Shown here piece by piece: positions 18,976-30,900 of a stretch of DNA of 64,000 nucleotides. Where the stretch lies: positions 62,001 through 126,000 of IMG/VR virus record IMGVR_UViG_3300044701_003953; one strand, 5' to 3'. The notes under the pieces are model-generated. The model did no database searches and was not told where the DNA came from. It worked only from the letters and a program-made list of their open reading frames with translations. Position 1 is the first letter of the stretch; each line of letters opens with the position of its first letter. Both the position numbers and the translations under genes were made by a program.

Positions 18976-21900
18976 ATGGCATCGTCTAAGACTTTGAATT
19001 TTTTACCAGAGATTTTTCGCACTGATGCGAACAAAAAATTCTTGTCGGCTACCGTCGATCAGCTGATCAGCGAACCTAATTTCAAAAGAATAAATGGTTA
19101 CATCGGAAGACGTGTTGCCCCAACATTTAAACCTTCTGACAATTACATTTTAGAAGATGACAAGGCTCGACAGAATTATCAACTTGAGCCTTGTGTAGTA
19201 TCACAAAATTCCTTTACTGATAAGATTGAATTTTTTTCATCCTACAGAGATCTCCTGCAAAAGATATCTTATTACGGTGGGAATGTATCAGATCATAATC
19301 GCCTTTTTGAAAACGAATACTACACCTTCGATGGATGTTTTGATCTCGACAAATTTATCAACTTCAACAATTACTATTGGGTTCCTGAGGGACCCGAAGC
19401 TGTTGATATTTTTGCTGGCGAAGTAGACAGCGAAGGTGAATACACTGTCACACGCAACATAGCATCGAATGGTCTCACTTTCAGTGGTCGTGGACAAGAA
19501 GTCAACCCAACATTGACTCTTGCTCGTGGCGGAACTTATGTATTCCGTTTAGATCAGCCAGGTCGTAAGTTCTGGATACAAACAGAGCCCGGCGTCAATG
19601 GAGTCAAATCAGCACAAGCAAATATCTCTACTAGAGAAGTGGTGGGGGTTATCAATAACGGAAACGATCAAGGAACAGTGACGTTCCGTGTTCCTTTGTC
19701 AACTGCTCAAGAGAGATTTACATCAATGACGTTGGCCGCGGTTTCGGACTTTGCGGTCGAAACCAAATACGTCGACATACACAATCACGGTCTACGAGAG
19801 TTTATAAAAACAAATCCCAAAGGATTTGATGGATACCGAGACCCCATTGACATTGATGGAAAATATTTAATTTTTATCAACCAAGACGATAGCGATGTAT
19901 CGTGGACCAACGACGAAATATTTGATTATCATCCCTATGATATAGTAGTCACCGAAACAGTCCCACCGGCGATTAGAAGAAATCTCTGGAGGATACAACT
20001 GGTGCCTAGCGATAACGATTATATAATTAATCTGGTCCCAGCTACTGGTATTTTGCCCAACCAAAAAGTTTTTATTAGAAAAGGCATCGATAATGCCACA
20101 CAGGAATTCTTTATTGACTATGATGGGTTCTACAAGAGAGTTCCTATAATAACGGCTAACCTAGACCGGCTCTATTATCAAGACGAATCGGATCCCAGCT
20201 TTGTTGGAGAGATAAGATTAGTCGACGCTGGTAATGTTTTCATTAATGTTGAAACAGATATCGTTGGGAAAATAAACTATACCAGCCCCAATGGCGTAAT
20301 TTTTACCAACGGTCTGAAAGTCAGATTTAATTCACAAGTAAATCCTGAAAAATATCGTCAACGAGAATACTACATCGAAGGAGTTGGCAAAGCCATACAA
20401 CTGATAGACGTATCCTTGTTAGTCAACCCGGGATATTTTGACGAGCAATTAAAAAATCTAGATTACATAACGATCAACCGGGGAAGTACCGATCTCAATG
20501 CATGGACACGCAGTAATCGTTGGTTCCATATCGATGTACTTAAATCGGCCGCGGCCTATAATAAAACTGTCGATCTACCCGACAACCAATATCGAGCCAA
20601 GCGACCCATCATTGAGTTTGAACCAAATCTCCAACTCTACAACTTCGGGCGCGAAGGTTTAGGCAAAGTCGATTATCTAGATTTTTACATCGACGATGCG
20701 TTTTCGCAAGTTGAAGGATTTGGTAAACCCTATGATTCGTTAGAGCATTATGCTAAGGATGATGTGGTACTAGTAGCGAACCAAGTGTACCGTGCCAAGA
20801 TTGACTTACAGCAACCGCCCGATAATACCAGTAACTGGCAGGATTATGGATTCGTATATGATTTTGAATTGACACGAGTTTATACTATCGGTCAGCTAAC
20901 GAAATATCAGAACGCCATCTATCGAGCCATTGGTACTACCGCAGAAAATTTACCTACGAACATCAGTTACTGGACGCCGGTCGCCTACGACAGAAATTCT
21001 GCTGTCGTTTTTAACACTGATACCAGCTATCAAATTGGTGATTTAGTTTCGTTTGAAAACAAATATTATATTTGTACCTCTGCCGCTCAAGGTATATCTC
21101 CCGCTGAGTCGGAACTAACATGGAGTCTCTCAGACACTTACGTAGATTATGATGTTGCTATCGCTAACACCATACTCAAAGGCCAGTATTCTATCTACCA
21201 AGGAAGATTGTATCTTGCACTAATGAATATTGTGCAACCACCAATTGGTAATGCCTACTGGGAAGAAATATTAGAAATACAAGATGGCAAAACAGTAATT
21301 TTCGCCGGTGATCAAGATACGCAGATACGCAATTCTATCTATGTCATGACTATGGAAGAAATTGGCGGAGTCGAAGTGCCACACCTTACACCGATCCTAG
21401 AGTCGGGGATAAAGCAGTATCATACCGTGGCAATCAGTTCTGGCGAGAACCGTGGTAAAAATTTCTGGTATGATGGAACAAGCTGGCATCAAGGCAAGAT
21501 CAAAACATCAGTGAATCAAACACCGTTGTTCGAAGTGATTGATCACGATGGTATCAGTTTTGGCGATACTGAAAGATATTACAATTCTAACTTTGTTGGA
21601 ACACCTATCTTTTCCTATAAGCAAGGAACAGGTAAAAATGACACCATCCTTGGGTATCCACTCAGTTACAGAAATTTTGGCAATGTCGGGGACATTGAGT
21701 TCAGCAATGATTTTAATAATTCGGTAGTGACATACCTTGAAGGCACTAAAGAACTAACTAAGAAAATTGATCTCGGGTATCTTATTTCTTATTCGGATCG
21801 AGAAAATATCTCTCTGAAAAATGTTTGGAAAAAAGCCAGCGAGAAATCTCATCAGTATCAGATAATTTCTCATGTATTTGACGGAACTACTAATTATTTT

Positions 21901-24900
21901 GAAATAGATATAGATCCAGCGGCCGGAGAAAAGCAGATACCTTATATCAAAGTTTTTGTCGATAACCGCTTGCTAAAACGATCACAGTTTAAACTCGAGA
22001 CTATTGGCGCGAAAAAAGTAGTAAGAATCGTATCTAGCGCATTGCCTAAAGACAGCAATATAGATATATTGATTTATTCTGAAACTCCTAGCGAAATAGG
22101 CTATTATGAGATTCCACCCAACTTGGACTTTAATCCATTAAACCAAGACTTTGAGTATCTCACACTGGGACAAATCAAGAATCACTTTTTTAAATTATCC
22201 GAAAACACCAAGGTAGCTAACGAAACCGTTGGCAATTATGCCGGGTATCGAGATGTACAGTATAAGCAAAACGGGGGACTGATACTACAACAGTCATCTC
22301 CGATGATTTACAGTAATCTGTTTTTACAAGATAGTGTAGTAAATTTTGTCGACTCCATTGATTTCGCTTCAAAAGAGTATACTAAATTTAAAAATAAATT
22401 TTTAGAAATCGCAGAAACACTTGCGTTGACCGACATTTCGCGTGTGCCTTCTGCAGTTGATGAAATATTAAAAAACATCAACTTCTCCAAAAACCAATCA
22501 TCGCCGTGGTATTATTCAGACATGGTCCCTTGTGGAGACAATCGTCGAGAGTATGTTGATACGGTCATCAATCCTCTACTCAGACAATTTGATCTACCTA
22601 CCGTTTTTAATGATCGTGTGCTCAGCAATCGCGCGGTCCTGGTCTATGTCAATGATCAACAGTTAGTCAAAGACAGAGATTACTATTTCCCCCAAGATCG
22701 CACAGCGGTAATTATCAATGATTCGTATAATTTAAACGCCGGCGACATAGTCAAGATTGTTGATTATTTCAACACCGATGGATGTTATATTCCTGAAACT
22801 CCAAGTAAATTGGGGCTATATCCAAAGTTTGTTCCTTACAAGCATCGAGACGATTCGTATCGCCAACCTATTGATGTTATACAAGGCCATGATGGTTCGA
22901 TCACTCCGGCATTTGGTGATCTTCGAGACGAGTTATTGATCGAACTTGAAAAACGAATTTATAACAATATCAAGGTTGGTTACAGCGAAAATATAATCAA
23001 TATACATGATTTTATCCCAGGAAAATTCCGAGATGTGAAATATTCCTTGCAAGAATTTGAAAGAGTTCTCGCAAAAAGTTTCTTGAGATGGGCGGGGGGA
23101 AATCGAGTTGATTTTTCTACTAATAGCACGTTCCTTGCCAATGACCCTTGGACCTGGAATTACTGGAAATACCGTGACTCCATCGACGGAGAAGCCCTTC
23201 CTGGTACCTGGAGAGCTATCTACAAGTATTTTTACGATACAGTTAGACCTAACACACACCCATGGGAAATGTTGGGATTCAGTGAGGAACCTGAATGGTG
23301 GCAAGATCGTTATGGTCCTGCGCCATATACTGGCGGAAACTTGTTACTATGGACCGATCTCAGCGAAGGTTACATACATGCTGGCCCCCGTGCAGGCTAT
23401 GATGCCCGATTCGCTCGCCCCGAACTTTTAAAGATCATCCCGGTTGATGATTATGGAACTCTGCGCTCGCCTAACGCCTTTGCAGTCTCAAACTTTAATA
23501 GCAAGGATGCAAGTCGTAGTTTTGTTGTAGGGAACCAAGGGCCTGCTGAATATGCATGGCGCCAGAGCAGCGATTATGCGTTTGCGGTACAAAAAGCGAT
23601 AGCACTAACACGACCTGCTTTCTACTTCGGAAGTCTCATGAACGTCATGAGATACAACCGAAATATCAAACTCGATCAGTTGGTATTAACTGACAGTCTG
23701 AAACGCATCTCACCAACCGACATAATAATAAATGGCAAAATCAATGACGACGGATCAGTGTCGAGAGTGTCGGGCTACCTCAACTGGATACGAGATTACA
23801 TCATTAATCTTGGAAGAGACCCCATCGATTTCATCGAAACTCGACTAAAAAACATATCGGTGCAATTGGCTTATCAGGTCGCCGGTTATACTGACAAAAA
23901 TTACATCAAGGTCCTAGCAGAGCAAAGTTCGCCGACTTCGATCAACGATTCTGTAGTCGTTCCCGAAGAAAATTTTTACATACATCTAAGCAAATCTAGT
24001 CCAATCAAGAAATTAGTCTACAGTGCAGTCATAGTCGAAAAAACACCCAATGGCTACACAGTATCTGGTTACGATTTAGCGAGTCCTTATTTTACTATCA
24101 TCCCAGGTCTGGCCAACAATAATGCCTATGCCATCGAAGTTGGTGAACAAAGAGGAATAATTTATAAAGACTATCAGAGCAAAAAGATAACGGTGCCCTA
24201 TGGATACGAGTTTACGAGCCGTCAACAGGTTGTAGACTTTTTAGTCAGTTATGGTAGATTTTTAACCGGTCAGGGTTTCCGCTTCGTTGACAACGATAAT
24301 GTTCTAAACGCAAGAAAAGACTGGATACTGAGCGCCAGGGAATTCCTGCATTGGAGCCAGCAAGGGTGGTCTACAGGTAATCTGATCATACTGAGTCCCG
24401 TGGGAAGTTCGTTGCGTGTAAACTCTCCAACTGGGGTAGTGGATCATGTAAAAAATACCATCAACGGTAGTAAACTGCTGGACCAGCAATTTTCTACTAT
24501 TAAAAGCAATCAGTTTTCAGTTCTAAGAGGCAACGGCGAATTCAAAGTTTCGACACTCAATGAATCGATGATTTCTTTAGCTGAACTCGAGGTGGTGCAG
24601 TACGAACATGCTATCATTTTTGATAATACTACAGTCTTCAATGATATAATCTACAAACCCGAACTCGGCAATCGACAGTATCGACTCAAGTTGGTTGGAA
24701 GTAAAACTGGCAACTGGGCAGGAGAGTTAAATCCACCAGGATTTATCTACAACAGCGAATACGTCGACGACTGGCAAGCCGGCAGAGACTACAAAAAAGG
24801 ATCTGTGATAAAATTCAAAGAGCAGTATTATACTGCATTAGTTGATATAATCGCCACCGACGAATTCGTGCAATCTCAATGGTCACAAATCGATCGGTCG

Positions 24901-27900
24901 TCGATCAAGACCGGGTTGTTGCCTAACTTTGCCTTTAATGCGCAAAAATTTGAAAATATCTACGACATCGACAATTCGCCCACCGATATGGACTTGTTAG
25001 AATACAGCGCCGGGTTGATTGGATTCAGAGAAAGATCATATCTCACTGACTTCGGCCTAGATCCGTTAAGTCAGGTAAAATTCTATCAGGGATTTATCAA
25101 AGATAAAGGCACTCACAACTCGATCGAAACACTAGCCAGCGCGAAGTTAAACAACATTTCGAGCGAAATTAACTATTTTGAAGAGTGGGCTTTGCGCATC
25201 GGCGAATATGGTTCTATCGAAAGCGATGCGCAAATTGAAATCATACTCGACGAAACAGAAATCACCAATGACCCAGCGGTAATTGAATTCCTTGACATAA
25301 ATGATACCCCTAGCCCTGCTGTAGTTGGCATCCATGTTAACGATGTTTACCGGAAAACATCAAGTTATAAAAAAGACATTTTTATCGATCGCAGCGACGA
25401 CACAGATTTATCCAATGACATATTGACCGCCGGCTATGTTCACGTCAATGATGTTGATGCCACAGTATTTGATATAAGAGATCAAGTTGATTTCGACCAA
25501 TATCTTTCCTACGCCGGAAGAGGAACAAAAATTTGGGTAGCCAAAGATTTTGATAATGATTGGAATGTGTATCGAGTCAATGAAACCGATAACAACATAT
25601 CCGGTGCAAGATATGATCTTGACGAAAATATCATGTTCTTTTTTGAGAAACCACATAATCTCAGTGCCGGGGAAGTTTTTATCGTCAAGGGTCTCGATAA
25701 GGCTGTAGATGGTTTTTACAAAGTCAATGAAATAGTTGATATTTTCAAGATATCTTCGACCATTTATAAAAACTCCGAGGACATTAAGAAAATACGTAAT
25801 TTCAACGGCCATGGCGTGTTTCTTAAAACCAAGTCTATGCGTGTTGATGAACCCACTGATATCGGAAGAATATCTCCTCCGTACGGTTGGGTAGCCGGAG
25901 ATCGAGTATGGGTCGAAAGAAATGACCAACAAGAGAGGTGGGCGGTTTACGAAAAATCCCAGGTATGGGACTATAGCAAAGCTATAGAAGCACAGTCCTC
26001 TGAATTTTTAGGCGAAGATCAATTTGGCTATGCTGTGAAAATGAATAGTCAGCAGGATTTGATAGCGGTGTCGTCACCGTTTACTGAATCAGGAAATGTT
26101 AAGACATTCGTAAAGTTGATTTCGGGTGAGTTTAAACAAAGCTCGACACTGAAGCCCACACAGACATCAGATGTCGCGGGTTTTGGTAAATCATTGGATC
26201 TAGCAGATTATACCGCAGTAGTCGGCGCCCCCGACAGCAAGTCCGGGAAAGGTCTGGTCTACATTTATAATTTCCGTAGAGAAGAAAATCTACGGAGCCC
26301 ACAGGTACTGGTAAATGTCGACAGCAACCCTGGTGATAATTTTGGACATTCGGTGTGCATCAGCGAAAACACCAATTGGATATATGTGAGTTCACCGGGC
26401 GCTGCCAAGGTATTCGCGTACTATAAGGACATCGGAATAATCGCTCGCAACCAATCGGTTGACCTCGTCGAAGGAGTCAGCAGATATGACATACCCTTCG
26501 TCGATGAATTAGCCCTTGGATCAGAAGATTTTGAAATGATGCAACTTTCGATCGGGTCAACGGTGTTGACGCCCGGAATCGATTACACGGTTGATCAAGA
26601 AAACTATCAGGTTGTTGTTAATGTTGAATCATTCCAAGGTGAGGAAATAAACTTTAGTGTCGCCCCAGGATATCGTTACGCATTCACTATCTCCAATGAG
26701 ATGGCCGATAGCAAATTTGGCCACGTAGTTAAAACTAATTACGACGGTTCTCGTATTTTCGTCAGTGCTCCTAATCATGATCTTACAAAATATCAGCGAG
26801 ATGAAAACGGGGATCTCGTACTCGACGATCAAGGAAATCCCATACCCGACGAGTTCCGTCGTGACGATAATAAAAATTTACTACTAGATTCCCAAGGAAA
26901 TCCTATCCCGATATACCGTAGAGAATCTGGGGCAATGTATATCTATCAACGACGAGTCGAATCGAGATTAATAAAATCAAATCAAATCTTGTATGAACCA
27001 AGTTCCCAGGCATCAGATATCGTCGCCTTGAGACTTGGCGAAACATTGATCAATCCGCGGACTGGATACACTATCAACTCTCGATATCAGGTGATCGCAA
27101 TCTCTGATGAATCGGTAGTTGGCAGTTTCCAGTACACATATGGTGATGACCTCGAAGAGAAATTTGCGGAGTTCTTAACAGACAATGATATATCTTTGTT
27201 AGATATCGCCGATTATTCTTATACTCCGATATCGAATAGTATAGAATTGTCCAGAGGCAACGAGTCCGGACAGATTTTAAGAATAGACACCAAAGCATTC
27301 GATCTGGCACAATTTATAACATCGCCGGATCAGATCGATTACAATCACTTTGGTCATAGTTTCGATATAGACATAAGATCAAAGTATCTTTATGTTGGTG
27401 CCCCCGACTATAGAGATTCCAGTTACTCAAGAGGTAAAGTTTATAAATTTATTGACCAGGGCCAGGCGCTTGGTCAATTGAAGATTTCTCCGGCTATAGA
27501 TCTATCTGAAGTGGAATCTATTTTTGTCAATCAAACGTCGGTGTCCTTGACTACACAGGATGCTAGCCTAGAAACACTGGCCAACGACATTAATTTAGCA
27601 AACATACCTGGAGTGATGGCTGAGATCGTTGGTAGTGATTTGATAATAAAAGATATATCGTCGAAGAAATCGGGTATAGAAGTCTACGAAAATTCAGGCA
27701 ACGAAATTCCATCGCTGTCGGTTGAAACTTTCTTTTTAGATCAGGAAATCCTTGAACCCGACGAAAATGTTGGGTCGTTTGGAACAAACATAAGACTTGA
27801 TCGATCAGGAGAAAATCTATTGATCAGCAGTACCGACGCTGATCTACAACAAAATGTTGACTTTGATCTCTCCCGCAAAGACTTCCAAACACGGTTTGAT

Positions 27901-30900
27901 AACGGTACCACTCGATTCATTAATGTTGTTAAAGGAAGCGGCGCCGCTTATCTCTACCAATTGATGTCTAATCCTTCTACTGGTGTTAGCAACGCAGGAT
28001 ACATGATATTCGCCGAAAAACTCAGTTTGAAAGATGCTTATACTGGCGACGGATTCGGCCATGGCACCGACATCAATAGAGATTTCATGCTGGTGTCGTC
28101 ACCAAAGTTTGATCCAGTTCCTGCTCGATCAGAATACGACATCAAAGTCGATAATCTCCGAGAGTTGTCTTTTATTGACACTAGTATCCTACCCAATGGA
28201 ACGAGAATATTAGTACTGTCGGATTTGAACGAACAAGGAAGATGGTCGATGTGGCGTGTTTCTACTGGTTCATTGACTAAGATATTTTCTTCTCTGTTAT
28301 CAAATATCGGAAGCCTGCATCTTTATGTAAACCCCACTAGAAGAAAGCCCTGGGACATATCAAGAATACAACAACCTCGTGTTGACTTGTCATCGATAAA
28401 TCGTTTGATGATTTATAACAGAAATACCAACACGATAATCGCCAACCTCGATTTCATTGACCCAGTTAAAGGAAAAATACTAGGGGCTGCTGAGCAAGAT
28501 ATTGATTTTAAAACAGAGATCGACCCAGCAATTTATACAGATGCCATTGACGGATTATCAGTTGATTCCAACCTACGTTGGGGCGAACAACAAGTCGGGT
28601 TAATTTGGTGGAATCTTTCTAAAGTCAGATTCCTTGATTATGAACAAAGTGATCTGCAATATAGATCTGCGAATTGGGGCTCAATGTTCCCGGGTTCAGA
28701 GATTGAAGTTTGCGAGTGGGTATCTAGTTCTGTGCCACCTTCCCAGTATGTATCCCGTGGCGGCACCGGAGTTCCGATGTACGACGGCCAGGCCTATGTA
28801 GTCGACACGGTAGTTGATTCGCAATCGGGGATAGTAAATCCGCGCTATTATTTCTGGGTATCGGGCAAAGAGGAAACATTTACTGGTAAAAAGAAAAGCA
28901 GTGCCGCATCAATAGCAAACATAATTTCGCAACCGACCATCCAGGGTATAGCCTATGCTGGCATACTCAAATCAAATGCTATCGCGCTGTTCGGTGTTAA
29001 TCCTTATCTGTCGGGACAGAACATTGTTTTAAAAATAGATTATGCCAATCTGCCTAACGAAAATACTGTACATAGTGAATTTGAACTCGTGCAGGAAAAT
29101 CGTGGCGATAGTCAGATTCCTGGAAAAATATTAGACAAATTAGTCGATAGTCTGGCCGGTGTAGATCGAGTAGGAAATATAGTACCAGATCCTCGCCTAT
29201 CGGATAGCGAGCGTGTGGGAATATCGTATCGACCGAGACAAAACATGTTTGTTGATCGAGCTCGGGCGCTGAAGAGCGTGTTAGAATATGTCAACAGGAC
29301 ATTTAAAACGCTACCAATGGCCCGGCAATTTAATATCGATATTTTCCGATCACAGGATCCTGTACCAACACCTAGTGGGTATGATCGTAAAGTCAATTCT
29401 GTTGAGGATTTAGATTACATAGACCGGAAAGAAATCTCAGTCGGATATCGAGTACTAATCGAGGAAGACGCCAGCAATGACGGGCTGTGGACCGTGTGGA
29501 CTTACAACGGTACGAAATTTAATCTTTCAAGGATACAGGTTTATAAATCAGATCTTTACTGGGAATTCGTCGATTGGCAAGATGAAGGATTCGACCTCAG
29601 GTCAGAAGTAGATTTTACTGTTGACTATGCCAAAGATATTGCAACGCTAATTACATCGCCGGGCGACTTGATCCGTGTTCGTTATGATCAAGAAGATAAA
29701 TTTGGAATTTATCAGGTCGGTGATGATGGTCGATTGATATTAAAGGGACTCGAAAAAGGTACTATTAGACTGCTCCCGGATCTCTATGATCTAGATATTG
29801 GGGGTATGGGGTTTGATGCAGCTAACTTTGATAATGTTAGATATGATAAAACACCTGGTATAGAAATAAGAGAAATAGTAGGAGCCATACGAAACACAAT
29901 ATTTGTAGGAGAATTCAAAGAGTATTTCAATAAAATGTTCTTTGTCGCAGTCAATTATCTCCTTAGCGAACAAAAACATAATGATTGGATATTTAAAACC
30001 AGCTTTATCAACATCGTACATCGACTAAGAAAACTCGATCAGTACCCTAGCTTTGTTCGCGACAATCAAGATTATTACATTGACTATATCAATGAAGTTA
30101 AACCTTATCGCACACAAATAAGAGAGTATCTGTTAAACTACAACGGCGATGAGATTTTCTATGGTAATCTCACCGACTTTGATCTTTCTCCATACTATGA
30201 TAGATCGACGAATCAGTATCGTAGTCCCAATGGCGAGCGGCCTAATGATGCCGTTGTACAAGATAGACACGAGTACAGAGACTGGAAAGAAAATCATACA
30301 TTTATCATTGACCGTATAGAAATACAAAACCCCGGTTCGGGCTATACAGTAGTACCAGTCATCACCGTTGAAGGCGGCGGCGGGTCTGGGGCGGTGTTAA
30401 GAGCCAGAACTAACTATGACGAAATAGTGTCGATCGAAGTAATCAATCCGGGTAAAGGGTATACATCGACTCCTCGTATATTGATCAATGGCAACGGTAC
30501 TGGCGCCAAGGCCTATGCAGTTCTGCGCAACTTTAGTGGAAACCAGAGCACAGGTTATAATCTAGTTAGATCTTTAGACACACATATCAAATTTGATAGA
30601 ACAACGTATGAAATTTCCATCCCCGAATGGAAGCCTAATGTTACTCCGGGAATTTATTCTGACATCATAAGTTACAATAGCCAAGTCTATCGGTATAACA
30701 TTAAAAATATATTTGCTGTTCCCATAATGATGTCGGCGATTGAAACAGCAACAGTTGAATTAATCAATTCTTTTGAAGTCACTGAAACAACATTGACCGA
30801 AGACACAGCGGTGTTCATTGTTGGGACCGATGGTGGCCGTACCCGTATTTCTTTAAATGTAGATTATTCGATCGATGTCGACACCAACGTATTGACCGTA